From the NCBI RefSeq assembly GCF_009914755.1, contig NC_060943.1: 64,000 nt of DNA. The stretch is one strand, 5' to 3'. Below, one piece after another: positions 1 to 18,078 of the stretch (position 1 is its first letter; each line of letters starts with the position of its first letter). The DNA comes from the human T2T-CHM13v2.0 reference genome, Homo sapiens. The translations under genes were made by a program, and so were the position numbers. Below the pieces are notes generated by a model. That model saw only the letters and a program-made list of their open reading frames with translations, did not search any database and was not told the origin of the DNA.

Positions 1-191
1 GCCTCCTCAGCCCTGTGGAACTGTGAGTCAATTAAACCTCTCCTTTATAAATTACCCAGTCTCAGCCTGGGTGCGGTGGCTCATGCCTGTAATCGCAGCA
101 CTTTGGGAGGCCAAGGCAGGTGGATCACAAGGTCAGGAGATTGAGACTATCCTGGCTAACACGATGAAACCCCATCTCTACTAAAAATTCA

Positions 192-362
<171 letters not shown>

Positions 363-1292
363 TTAAGAAAAAACATAAAATAAAATAAATTACCCAGTCT
401 TGGGTCTGTCTTCTTTAGCAGCATAACAGACTAATATGCCCCATCTCTACCAAAAAACAATATATATATATATATACAAAAATTAGTTGGGCATGGTGTT
501 GCATGCCTGTAGTCCTAGCTACTCCAGAGGCTGAGAGGGGAGGATCACTTGAGCCTGGGAGGCAGAGGTTGCAGTGCAGATCACGCTACTGCACTCTGGC
601 CTGGGTGATAGGGTGAGACCCTGTCTCCGTAATAAATAAATAAATAAATAAATAAATAAATTTATTTTCCCCAGTTGTCACATGGAGACAAGCCCATCAG
701 GGACAAGACTAGAAGTAGACAAACCAGTCAGGTAACAACTGCTAGAGCCAGGTGCTAAAGACAGGGGCTTGGAACAGGATGGGTGTAGAAAATGTAGTGA
801 GGCCTGTTTGGATACATGGATATTTTTGGAAGGCGGGGTCAACAGGATTTGATGAAGGCTCAGGTGTGGGTGTGAGAGAAAGGCAGTCAAACATGACTTC
901 AAGGTTTTGGATGAGAATGACCAGAAGGATGGAGCTGCTATTTACTGAGATAATCACCAGGTCTCTTGCATCCTTAAAAAAAAAAGGGATTTTTTTTTCC
1001 TTTTTTTTTTTTTTTTTTTGAGACAGGGTCTTATTCTGTCACCCAGGCTGGAGTTCAGTGGCTTGATCATAGCTCACTGCAGCCTTGAATTCCTGGGCTC
1101 AAGCAATCCTACTGCCTCAGCCTCCTGAGTAGCTGAGACCACAGGCACACCGCACCCAGCTAATTTTTGTAGAGAGAGATTTTCTATTAATATCAATAAT
1201 CTTTTTCAAAGTGTTGAGTCTTCTCTTAGCTTCTATTGAACTAACAGAATTATAACTAAAAGCAAAGTCTTAGTTCTCATAATACTGTCTGA

Positions 1293-1595
<303 letters not shown>

Positions 1596-1928
1596 TGAGG
1601 TTTTATGTATTCAACACCTCACCCATTGATTAAGTCCCAGAAATTATTTAATCATCATATTTATTTGATCAGTTTGACTTTATTAATATTTGTTCCACAG
1701 AGCTTTACAGGCATCCTTTAACTGATTTCTAGGATTCAATAAATTTACATTTTTTACTTTCTTCACCAAACAACAAATTCATTTTTATAAAATTTAGTTG
1801 ACCCTCTGAGAGTTTCTTTATACCACTGTTCTCTCAAGATTGATATTAATTCTGTTAGTTATCTTTTCTTTTCTTTCTTTTTTTTAATGTTTAGTTTTTT
1901 AGAGATAGGGTCTCACTCTTTTGCCTAG

Positions 1929-2096
<168 letters not shown>

Positions 2097-3449
2097 TAGA
2101 TCCTATTGGTTTTCAAATGGTATATCACATTTACTTCTATAATATCTTACAATTACACTTCTGTTTCATCATTCTCATAACTTACTATTACGTGTTCAAC
2201 CACGTTTTAGGTATCATTTAATACACATTGCTAGGTACTAAATGATTGCTATGTACATTATTGTTAGTTTTAAGGACTGGAATATTTCCTTCTTATAAAG
2301 CCAAAAGAAAGTATTGACATGCAAGGACAGACAATGTTTTTGAGGAGCATTGAAAGCCAAGGAGCAGAGAAAAGGAGGTAGTTGGAAGAAAGAAGGGATT
2401 CTTTCAAAGCTGGAAGAAATTATAGAATCCTTACATCTGGAGCTGGATTCTCCCCAGAGCAGGTTTTGAGTCGAGGAATTGAGTGTAAATATTCAGGAGA
2501 TAATCTCCAGAGACCCAGTGAGCACCTGGAGAAGAGAAATGGGAAGGAAGGGTGCGGTTAAACCTTCCCCTCTGGGCAGGAAGATCGCTTGAACCCAGGA
2601 GGTCAGGGCCGCAGTGAGCTATGATCACACCATTGCACTCCAGGCTGGGCAATCCAAAGGAGTAATCCCTGAGATATAATACTATAGAACACCCCAGAAC
2701 TGCCCCACTCAGGAGTGAGGAAGCCAGGGACTCACCCAACAAGCCCTGTCCCTCAACAGCCAAGGGTCACTTCTAGGAGTGGGAACTCCCAGCACATCCA
2801 CATTACCCCCATGTGCAGGCTGAGCCTGCTCCTGTGGTCAGATGAAGCCCTCGGGCATAGAGACACATGGTGGTAGAGGTAAAGGGTCAGTGTGTCTGGG
2901 AGCCATCCACCCAGATGACACCCTGCACATGGGCTGGGGGAAAATAAACAGTGTTGCTTCAGTGTGTTTGCTGATAAAAATGAAGGAGCAAGCCAGGTGC
3001 AGATTCACACCTGTAATCCCAGCACTTTGGGAGGCCGAGGAGAGAGGATTGCTTGAGCCCAGGAGTTCAAGACCAGCTTGGGCAACACAGCAAGACCCCA
3101 TCTCTAAAAAATTTTCAAAATTAGCTGGGTGTGCTGGCATGCATCTGTTGTCCCAGCTCCTCCTGAGGCGGAAGGATCACTTGAGCCCAGGAGGTCAAGG
3201 CTGCTGCAGTGAGCTATGATCTCACCAATGCACTCCAGCCTGGGGAACACAGCAAGATCCTGTCTCTACAAATAAAAATTTTAAAAAAGGAATAATTGAG
3301 CCAATAGGAAGGAGGAAATTCTATTGCAGGAAAGAGTTGGGAGAATTGCTGAATGTCTGAACCCAAAAGAGGGGATGAGATCGGGATGCAATGGGGTCGG
3401 GGGCTGGCCTCAGCCAGAACCGTGGACAGCTCCTCCGTTTCCTTTCTAG

Positions 3450-4006
3450 TTGACCCAGGTTAGCTACGGAAGGGATGAACGTCTAAGGCAGAATAGCGAA
3501 TTAGGATAACCACGGGTTAAGGCACAAGCATAAGAACAGCAGGGGCAGCCACTTCTAGGCAACATTAGGCAGTATCCAGGCCACATCCTCCCTCCTATAA
3601 TAACAAGACAGAAGTTTCCACTTCAGCCTCTGATTGGTCATGGGCTGTCTCCACTTCAGCCTCTGATTGGTCCTGGGCTGTCTCCACTTCAGCCTCTGAT
3701 TGGTCACAGGGCCACCCTTCATAGGGTGTAGCCAATTAGAGGCCTCTAAAGGGCACCTGAGGTGTTGCCAAATTATTCTAGCTTAATAAAAACCTCAGTT
3801 GGGGGTGCTCTTGAGCCACTTGCTCGAGCCCACTTCCACTCTATGGAATGTACTTTTGCTTCGATAAATCTGTGCTTTCATGACTCTGTTCTTCTGTTGC
3901 TTGTTTGTCTTTAGTTGCTTCTTTCTTTTATTGCTTTGCTTTGTTCAACACTCCAAGAACTTGGACAACTCACAGTCAAGACCTTCCGTCTGGTAATCTG
4001 GTAACA
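3450..4006 (+). mobile_element. ERV1-type solo LTR, family not assigned, 5' boundary approximate
   Basis: Three tandem ATTGG-containing units, a TATA-like taataaaa at about 3784, a degenerate polyA region (ttcgataaatctgtgc), and a typical ERV1 LTR end ...aacttggacaac...ctggtaaca ending in CA at 4006. Confidence 0.7.
3618..3706 (+). repeat. 33-bp tandem repeat, about 2.7 copies, inside the LTR
   Basis: ccacttcagcctctgattggtc(a/c)tgggctgtct units start at 3618, 3651 and 3684. Confidence 0.95.
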
Positions 4007-4010
4007 TCTT

Positions 4011-4702
4011 GCCTGGGTCTCTGAGTTTCTACTCTTGGGCCTCTTGGAGGAACTCATGCTCATCCTCTTCCTGAGCATATTCCTGGTCACTGGGCTGAAG
4101 AACCTGCTCATCAACGAATTGCTTGAGCCCAGGAGGCAGAGGTTGCAGTGAGCCAAGATCACACCACTGCACTCCAGCCTGGGCGACAGAGAGAGACTCT
4201 GGCTCAAAAAAAAAAAAGAACCTGCTCATCATCCCAGCCATTGCCACTGACACCCGGCTCTCTGTGCTCGTGCGCTTTTTCCTTGCCAACCTGGCCTTCG
4301 TGGTCACTTGCTTCACCTCCACCACCATCCCCAAGATGCTGGACGTGCAAAGAGATCCCTTGTGTCATGTCAGGATGCAAAGGGATTCCTTATGCTGGTT
4401 GCCTGACCCAGATGCTCTTCTTCATCTGTTAGGCATCCACAGCTTCCTGCTGACTGCAATGGCCAATGAACACTGTGTGGCCATCTGTCACTCTCTGAAC
4501 TCCATCAGGTCTGTGACACCATAGCTCTGTGGCCTCCTGGTGGTGGCCTCCTGGACCTTCGCATTCAGGAATGCCCTGACCCACCCAGTGTTACTGACCC
4601 GCCTCTCACTCTGCACCTACGAGTGGGTCAGCCATGTCTTCTGCAACCTCAGCCAGCTGCTGAAGTTGGCCTGCTCAGACGCCACTCTCAACAATGTGAC
4701 GG
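4011..4702 (+). pseudogene. OR1AB1P: Olfactory receptor pseudogene, family-1-like, TM1 to about TM5 (probably OR1AB1P)
   Basis: Degenerate OR motifs: VSEFLLLGL (4017), [25 protein letters not shown]...[35 protein letters not shown] (MAYDRYVAIC), HVFCNL..LLKLACSD. It has frameshifts, a TAG stop at 4522-4524, an Alu insertion and no start codon. The symbol comes from recalled synteny with TPM4, not from the sequence. Confidence 0.88.
4114..4215 (+). mobile_element. 5'-truncated Alu (right-arm end) inserted into the OR coding sequence
   Basis: Alu 3' sequence plus A-tail, flanked by the perfect 16-bp duplication aagaacctgctcatca (4098-4113 and 4216-4231). Confidence 0.95.
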
Positions 4703-5094
4703 TGCAACCGCTACACAAAACACAAGGACATGAATGCCATTCAGCCACACATTCTTTTGGCACTTCATAATAATAATCACTTTTCCTCCCATTTTTTGTG
4801 GTTGTTGTATTGTTTAAACAGGTCTCACTCTGTCACCCTGGCTGGACTGCAGTGGCATGATCATAGTTCACTGCAGCCTCAACCACCCAGGCTCAAACGA
4901 TCTCCCACCTCAGCCTCCCGAGTAGCTGGGACCACAGGCGTGTGCCATCATGCCCAGCTAAATTTTTTGTATTTTTTGTGGAGATGAAGTCTCTCCATAT
5001 TGCCCAGGCTGGTCTCAAACTCTGGGGCTCAAGTGTGCCTGCCTAAGACTTCCAAAATGCTGGGATTACAGGTGCGAGCCACCGCATCTGGCCT

Positions 5095-5590
5095 CTTCCA
5101 GTTTTCAACAACATGGTCCTCATTTCCATCTGGGACCTCCTCAGAATGGCCTTTGCCATTCATATTGCTACAACATTCTCATCACTGCCACCTAGGTAAA
5201 CTTTGAAAAGATTGAGGCTTTCTCTCCTTTTCTTTTAAGACTTCACCAGAATCACTTTTAAGGCCTTGTTCACAATAACATAGTCTTTTTCTAGCATGCA
5301 CCTGCACGCTCTTCCAGCCTCTACCCATTACCCAGTTCCAAAGCTGCTTCCACATTACTGGGTATTTTTTTTACAATAACACTCCACTTCTTGGTACCAA
5401 TGTCTTAGTTTGTTTTAGCTGCTAGAACAACATACTTTAGACTGAATAATTTATAAACAACAGAGGTTTATTGCTAACAGTTCTGAAGGCTGGGAAGTCC
5501 AAGATCAAGGTGCCAGCAGATTCAGTGTCTGGTGAGAGCCCATAGATGATGCCTTCAAATGGTGGAAGGGGCAAACAAGCCCCTCCAGGG
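5095..5590 (-). mobile_element. MaLR (MST/MLT-type) internal end plus LTR fragment
   Basis: ccagcctctacccattacccagttccaaagctgcttccacatt...ggtaccaa followed by gaaggctgggaagtccaagatcaaggtgccagcaga, typical MaLR text. Confidence 0.7.
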
Positions 5591-5721
5591 CTTTTTTTGT
5601 GGGGGGAGGGGGGAGGTGAAGTATTGCTCTTTCACCCAGTCTGGAGTGCAGTGGGGTGATCTCGGCTCACTGCAACCTTCGCCTCCTGTGTTCAAGTGAT
5701 TCTCCGGCCTCGGCCTCCTGA

Positions 5722-5913
<192 letters not shown>

Positions 5914-6042
5914 TGAACTTTACAATTTATTGCTGGAAATGTAAAAAATAAATGTTCGGGGTGACTGTCAAATTGGGGGAAATTCTATCAAGTTTATGTA
6001 ATTTTGAGCTGTAAGGTTTGGAAAACAAGCTTCTGTATATGA

Positions 6043-8855
<2,813 letters not shown>

Positions 8856-10326
8856 TCACATAACAGAATCCTAGGTCAGTGCATGGCTCTACTCCTCTCA
8901 GTCACTCAGAGACCCAAGTTTCCTGAGTCTTGTTTCCCACCTATTTCCTAAACATTGTTCTTGTTTATAAGAGCAAAGCTGTGAACTCTGGATTACAAAA
9001 AATAATAATAATCAGAGTGCATAGAGGAGGCAAGCCTATTGTCTGGAAATGCCACCTACTTTTCACATTCCACACTGGATTACACCTAGCTGCAAGAGAG
9101 GCCAAGAAATATGACATTGGAACCTTGGTCCCTAAATAATTGCGTGAAGCAGAATCGCATACTGAACTGAAACTAGAGAGAAAAGTAAACTTTAAAATAT
9201 TGAATTTTGGACCTCTCACTTCTTTTTACTGGAGCTTAGACTTTTGTCCTAACAAACGCAGTAACTGGTTCCAGAAGTGGGGTACACCATAAAAATAGAT
9301 GGCATTTGCTTAATGACAGGGTTGTGAGGACGCAGATATTTCAGACTGGAAAGCTGAGTATCTTCCTTAGGCCAAGGCAAAACATTTGGTAAAACATGGT
9401 CAACCAAGTTGCTAGGCTGTGATTTCGTTATTATAGAAGGGGAGAATGGATTTTTGTAGAGAGCTAGCAGTCCACATTCCATCCTCTAGCCACCAAATAT
9501 ATAAAAGCATGCTTCTTCCCACCATGGAATACCTTTATACCCTTCCTGGAAGAAGGCAATATCCCATGTTATTGATGCATCCAGCTCAGAGTCCAAAATC
9601 TCTGGCTAAAACACAGTCTTCATCAGGCAGGTATAAGAAAGATGGGGACTTAGTGGTCAAGAACTTGACCAATATGCAAACAGAGATGGAAGAATCCACA
9701 GATAAAAGTCCACAAAGAGTTGGAGAAATCATCTGACCCTGATCTCTCCAACAGTGAGTGGTAAATAGGCTTTTCATTTGAAAGGCTGAGGTGGGTGGAT
9801 CACCTGAAGTCAGGAGTTCAAGACCAGCCTGGGCAACATGATGAAATCCCGTCTCTACTAAAAATACAAAAATTAGACAGGTTGGCCAGGTGCAGTGGCT
9901 CACGCCTGTAATCCTAGCACTTTGGGAAGCCAAGGCAGGTAGATCATGGGGTCAGTAGTTCGAGATCAGCCTAACCAACATGGTGAAACCCCGTCTCTAC
10001 TAAAAATATAAAAATTAACCAGCCAAGGTGGCATGCGCCTATAATCCCAGTTTCTTGGGAGGCTGAGGCAGGAGAATCACTTGAACCCAGGAGGTGGAGG
10101 TTGTGGTTATCTGCGATCACGCCACTGCACTCCAGCCTGGGCGACAGTGCAAGATGCTGTCTCAAAAAAGAAAAATTAGCCAGGCCATGGTGGCAGATGT
10201 CTGTATTCCTAGCTACTCAGGAAGCTGAGGCAGGAGAATTGCTTGAACTGGGGAGGCAGAGGTTGCAGTGAGCCAAGATCGCGCCACTGCACTCCAGACT
10301 GGGCAACAAAAGCAAAACTGCATCTC

Positions 10327-10500
10327 AAAAAAAATGAGGGAGACAGAGAAGGAAAGAAGGAAGGAAGGAGAGAGAGATAAAGAAAGAAAAAGGAAGGAAG
10401 GAAGGAAAGAAAGAACAAAGGAAGGAAGGAAGGAAGAAAAAGAAAGAAGAAAAAAAAGAGAAAGAAAGAAAGAGAAAAGAAAAAAGGAAAGAAAGAAAGA
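10327..10500 (+). repeat. Polypurine (GAAA/GGAA) low-complexity tract derived from an Alu tail
   Basis: About 170 nt almost entirely A/G, between two Alus. Confidence 0.95.
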
Positions 10501-10534
10501 GCCAGCACTTTGGGAGGCCAAGGCAGGCAGATCA

Positions 10535-10894
<360 letters not shown>

Positions 10895-10954
10895 CTAAGC
10901 CAAAGAAGGCAGCTTTGAAGGATGTCTTAAGATTGTGGTCCTTCCTTAAAGAAG

Positions 10955-11135
10955 TGATTGTCAACAAGGAGGATGATTTCACTCGCTCCCAGCCCCGGGG
11001 ACATTTGGCCGTGTCCAGAAACAGTTTTGACTGTGGTGACGGGATGGGATACTACTGGCATGTAACAGGTAGAGGCCAGGAATGTGGCTCAACATCCTCC
11101 AATGCATAGGAAAGTCTTGTGCTATAAAGAACAAT
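10955..11135 (+). mobile_element. MER20-like hAT DNA transposon remnant
   Basis: ggggacatttggc...tactactggcat...ggtagaggccaggaatg...aacatcctccaatgcatagga resembles the MER20 consensus as I recall it. Confidence 0.7.
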
Positions 11136-11694
11136 CCATGAGGCCGGGCGCAGTGGCTCATGCCTGTAATCCCAACACGTTGGGAGGTTGAGGCGGGAGG
11201 ATTGCTTGAGCCCAGGAATTCAAGACCAGCCTGGGCAACATGGCAAGACCCCGACTCTGCTAAAAACCAAAAAACTTAGCTGGGCATGGTGGTGCATGCC
11301 TGTAATCCATGCCTGTAGCTACTCGGGAGGCTGAGGCAGGAGGATTGCTTGAGCCCAGGAGGTCAAGGCTGCAGTGAGCCATGATTGCAGTACTGCACTC
11401 CAGCCTGGGTGACAGAGCAAGACCCTGTCTCAAAAAAAAAAAAAAAAAAAAATTATTCAGGCAGCAAAGAGTTAAGGTATGCCGTCCCACTCTGCACCTA
11501 CTTTGAAAGGTAGCTACAAACCAGGCGCAGTGGCTCATGCCTGTAATCCCAGCACTTTGGGAGGCCAAGGCAGGTGGATCGTCTAAGGTCAGGAGTTCGA
11601 GAACAGCCTGGCCAACATGGTGAGACCCCATCTCTACTAAAAATACAAAAATTAGCCAAACGTGGTGGCGGGCCCCTGTAATCCTGACTACTCA

Positions 11695-11832
<138 letters not shown>

Positions 11833-12319
11833 TTAAAAAATTAAAAATAAATAAATAAATAAATAAAAAGTAGCTGCATTTAGCTGGGCATGGAGGATCT
11901 CACCTGGAATCCCAGCACTTGGGAGGCCAAGGTGGGAGGACAGCTTGAGGGGCCAGGAGTTCAAGACTAGCCTGGGCAACATAGCAAGATCCCACCTCTA
12001 CCAAAAATGTAAAAATTAATTAAAAAAAAAGAGAAAGAAATAAAAATTAGCCAGGTGTGGTGGCACACACCTGCAGTCCTAGCTACTTGGGAGGCTGAGG
12101 CAGGAGGATCACTTGAGCCAGGAGTTGGAGGCTGCAATGAGCTATGATTGCATCACTGAACTCCACCCTGGGCAACAGAGTGAGACCCTGTCTCTTTAAG
12201 AAAAAAAGAAAAGAAAAGAAAAGAAAGGTAGCAGTAAAAGTGAGACCTAACCAGGCCAAATCTAGGATCCCAAGAGAAACACCTTGGTGACAGTTGTCAT
12301 CCCAGAGACACAAGTAGTT

Positions 12320-12776
12320 GTCAAGAACTGTGAAGAGTCTGGGATCTTATCCTACTTGCAAGTGGACAATTGAACCTGCTACAGTTTTATGGATGTGGGC
12401 AGAAGACACGAGACTCCAGTATCAGAGACAAAGGACTTTATTACTCATGGCACAGCAGGCAGCATGAACTTTGTGTTTGCACTAGCCCACATTGGGTTAG
12501 TTCCACAGCCAAGGAACTCTGAGCTTAAAGATCTCGATTTTTATAGTTGATTGCAAACAAACCTGGTCTATTTTAATACCAGAGGGAGACATTATCTTTA
12601 TTATATGGATAGCAAATGAAACTGCCCTCTGCTTCACAGGAAGAAACTCTGTCTTCCAAGGCTGTTTGCTATACAAACATCCTTGAAAAGATAGCTGGAA
12701 TAAAAGCTGTCTGAGCCCCTGATTTTGGGGTGTACAGAAATGCAAGAGACCCGTGGAGAATTGTTCTCCAATGACA
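12320..12776. mobile_element. Probable old LTR element, family not assigned
   Basis: TG...CA bounded block with cagagacaaaggactttattactc and other LTR-like text. Confidence 0.45.
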
Positions 12777-14276
12777 CCATTGACACCTAATGGGCAGTGG
12801 CTGTCCATGAAGGTAACTCAGGTAGGAGGTTGAATAGGGGAGGCTGCTCAGGTTATAGTTTGTGGGTCAATGTGTAGAATCCGGAGTCAGCCACTCTTGG
12901 TTCAACTCCCAACACCACCACTTCTTAGCTGTGCTGGCTTGAGCAAGTTACTTCACCTCTCTGTGCCTCAATTTCTCCTTTTATAAAATGGAAATGACAG
13001 CAGCACTTATCTCACGAGGTTATTGTGAAAATTAAGTGAGCTGATGTGTGCAAGGCACGTAGAACAGCATGGACACATTAAAGACATGTCAGTGTTAACT
13101 ATAATTATTATTAATTATCGTGACGATGCCACCAAGCTTGTGGTCATGCCTGTTTTACGGGATTAATGGCCAAGCTCTCTAACCCACACAGTTCCCTCGG
13201 AGTGTGGCTCAGAGACTTTGGGGAGGACTTAGAGCCCTTTTCTCCTTGCCCGCCCCACCAATGGTTTGCCCCTTCCCGGATAATTTTTTTTTTTTTTAAA
13301 CAGGATCTTGCTCTGTAGCCCAGGCAGGAGTGCAGTGGTGCAATCTCAGCTCATTGCAACCTCTACCTCCCGGGTTCAAGCAATACTTGTCAGCTTCCCA
13401 AGTACCTGGGATTACAGGTGTGCATCACCTATGCCCGGCTAATTTTTTTGTATTTTTAGTAGGGACGGGATGTCACCATGTTGGCCAGGCTGGTCTCGAA
13501 CTTCTAGCCTCAAGGGATCCAACCCCTTGGCCTCTCAAAGTACCAGGATTACAGGTGTGAGCCACTACACCTGGTCTAGAAACTCTTTTTTTATTAAGAG
13601 ATAGAGTCTCACTCTGTTGCCCAGGCTGGAGTGCAGTGGTACCAGCATGGCTCACTGCAGACTCAAACTCCTGGGCTCAAGTGATCCTCCTGCCTCAGCC
13701 TCTGGAGTAGCTGGGACTACAGATGCATGCCACCACACCCAGCTAATTTTTAAATTTTTTGTAGAGATGGGGTATCGCTCTGTTGCTCAGGATGATCTTG
13801 AACTCCTGGGCTCAAGCAATTCTCCCACCTTTGCCTCCCAAAGTGCTGCGACTACAGGCGTGAGCCACTGCACCCAGCTTCAGGGTCATTTTTATTGTCA
13901 TCCTTGTCATCTTATTACTCTATTGTACCCCATGAAATGAAACTCCATAGAGTGCAAGCTGAGAACATTTTTGCTCTTTTCTATTGGAACTCAGTAAACT
14001 CACCTGTTGCCTTGGTCTCTTTGCATGTCTCAAACTGCAGGAGACACATTTGGGGGCAGTCCCCATCCTCTCTTCTGTTGTTTGATCTCTGCAGCCTCAC
14101 CACCCACCACACCACACCACACCACATCCTCACCTCTGCATTCAACGGCAGACACTCTCACCTGCCCTCAGTCCCTTCCTCCTATGACCTTCGCATAGAC
14201 CCCATCACCACCGTTCAGGCCTCCCTCAATTGCCACTTCCTCAGGGAGGCTTTTTCCTGACTTCCACCCAAGACTA

Positions 14277-14619
<343 letters not shown>

Positions 14620-15394
14620 TCACACTCTGGGTGCCTGCCCAGATCCACTGGGTTCCTACTGTTTCTCTCCACACCAAGGGGTACTTCTAGCAGCTTCATC
14701 TCTCTGCTAGGGGGAGAGGCGGTCTTCCTCCAGCTGCTGAAGTGAGTGTGACCCATACAAGGGCAGATCAGCACAATCAACAGCCCCTAAGAGCAGCCTT
14801 CAATCAACAGCAGCATGGAATTGGTGGATAAATACCCCAGCTCCTTCGCCCCTCAGCTGGGACAACTCCAAAGAGCATGCTCTCTGCTGCCTCCAGAGGC
14901 CCTCAGTGGGACTGCACCCTATTTGTCCATGGCAGTAACTGGTTTCATAATGCATGCTTAATGGTTACTTTCTTTTCCCTATTTCACTTCCCATCCTCTA
15001 CTTGTATCTCCTTGGGTCACTTCCCAAATAAACTATTTGTCCTTGCATTTTTTAAGAGATGGGGTATCTGATGCCCAGGCTGAAGTGCAGTGGTGCAATA
15101 ATAGCTCACGGCAGGCCAGGCACAGGGGCTCATGCCTGTAATCCCAATAGTTTGGGAGGCCAAGGCAGGAAGATCACTTGAACCCAGGAGTTCAAGACCA
15201 GCCTGGGCAACATAGCAAGACGCCACCTCTACAAAAACAAAAAAGTATCCAGGCATAGTGGCACATGCCCGTAGTCCTAGCTACTCAGCGGGCTGAGGTG
15301 GGAGGATCAATTGAAGCTGGGGGATCTAGGCTGTAGTGAGCCACGATTGTGCCACTGCACTCCAGCCTGGGCAACAGAGTGAGACCTTGTCTCG

Positions 15395-15738
<344 letters not shown>

Positions 15739-17119
15739 GCTCACTGCAGCCTCAAACTCCAGGGCCCAAGTGATTCAACTACCTTATTCTCCTGAGTAGC
15801 TGGGACGACAGGCACAGACCACCATGCCCAGCTAGTTTTTGTATCTTTTGTAGAGATGGGGTCTTGCTATGCTGCCCAGGCTGGCCTCAAACTCCTGACC
15901 TCAAGTGATCCTTCCACCTCAGCCTCCCAAAGTGCTGGGATTACAGGCGTGAGCCATTTTGCCTGACCTCCTTGAACTTTTGTATCAAAAGACAGTCATT
16001 TGCCCTATTGTAATTCATTCCATAATTGCAGTTATTGGTTGTCTTGCCCCACTGGGATGAGTCATGTCCACCACAGTGTTCCAAAAACACGCACATGGTA
16101 GTAGATGCTTGATAAATGACTCTGGGTCTCATGACTGGGAGGTGGCTGGGATGCTGATGGGCTGTTCTCTTTCCCCCATCCTGTCCTTAGAAGCCCCCAG
16201 TTGGAGAGGTTGTAGTGCAGGAGGGAAGCTCACTCCTGAGCTATAAATGGCAGCCTCCACCTGCCTCATGCTCCAGAATACACAGCCTGAACAGCTGGGG
16301 CAGGGCCCCCAGCGTCCGGGAACCCCAAATGACCCTCCCGGCCCTGACCAGGGCTCCTGGGGTGTTCCCTGGAGCTCATGCCCAGAGGGGATGTAAGTCC
16401 ATTACCAAGGCTGCAGACGACACACTAAAGATGCTGATGGGGTCATGCAGCTAGTCCTAGCGCCATTCCTAGCCTGTGTCTCCCCTCCTCCGCATCAGAC
16501 TCCACCTCTGGGAGCTCCCTTTGCAAGAAACCGTACCAGGGACAAGGGTCTTCCCTACAAGGCCATGAAGCACGCAGATATCTCCTGCGGGAGGAATCTC
16601 TTTCCGAGGTCGGTGGTGTCAGGCCTGGAATTAGCCACACCACCTGCGGCGAGGCTGGTCCCAGGGTCTCTGGGGACACAGCGGGGGACAGCAGGGGTGG
16701 AGAGGACATCAGGACTGACCTCTGATGACTCAGCCTGAGATAGTGAAGAGAATGAGAAATGGTGGGCATGGAGGCCTGGTTGTGGCAGAGCGGGGTGGGT
16801 GAGGGAGTCTTAGGACTTCTTGCCAGCTCGGTCCTAGAGTCAGCTGGGCCACTCACAAGCTGGGTGACTGTGGGTGAGTCACTCTGGGCCTCAGTTTCCC
16901 TATTTGTAACACAGGGAGGGGCTTATAACCGCAGCTCATTCCTGGAGTTCATTGTAAAGGCAAAGGGGCCTACGTTGCAGCTGCCTCACCTGGCTGGATG
17001 GCCTCTGACATAGAGGGCCAGCCTCAATTTCCTCCTCTGTAAAAATGGGAATAAAAGGCCAGGCACAGTGGCTCATGCCTGTAAACCCAGCACTTTAGGA
17101 GGCAAAGGTGGGTGGATCA

Positions 17120-17407
<288 letters not shown>

Positions 17408-18032
17408 TCATCTGCTAGGCTTAGTCCATGAACAGCATTTCTTCATTATCCACCCAGGGTCCTTTCATCATGACTGACGTCCCTCGAGATGCAATTATTC
17501 TGGTCTGCTTTTGTCACAGGACGAAACTGTCTGTGTAGCATGGGGGAGGGGTGGGATAAGGGAGGAGGATGAAGAACGGAGTTGGGGAGCGGTCTGGGCT
17601 TGGCCCCCTTAACTCCGGAACACAGGGAGAAGTCAATGTCTTTAGCGCATGAAAGAAGTTCTAGAATGTTCTATTTGCTACCTTTTCAGCCCCTGCACCA
17701 ACAGGGGTGAAGTTTTCACCATGACAAAGAGAAGGAAGCTGGCTTAATGAACAGTGAGGCAGCTGGGAGGGGGCAGAGGGAAGCTGGACACTCTTGGCCC
17801 GAACCTACAGTCCCCAGTGGCACTGACCACTACCCATCTCTTCCACGATCCTGTTTCCTCTACAGCCTTGGGCAGAAAACAAGGAGGCCTCCCTACCTCC
17901 ACTTCATCCCACACAGGAGTCTTGATGCTGGGTGGGAGTCCAGGAGTCTGTCTAGGAATCCAGGAAGGCTTCCTAGAGGAGGAGCCATTGCATCTGGGCC
18001 TTGAAGGATGAATAGAAGTTTCCTAGGCAGCG

Positions 18033-18034
<2 letters not shown>

Positions 18035-18076
<42 letters not shown>
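18035..18076 (+). repeat. (GT)n microsatellite
   Basis: About 21 GT units. Confidence 0.95.

Positions 18077-18078
<2 letters not shown>

Noticed and set aside
3618-3706. Regularly spaced 33-bp repeats superficially like a CRISPR array
   Set aside because: No unique spacers; an ordinary tandem repeat inside a eukaryotic LTR.
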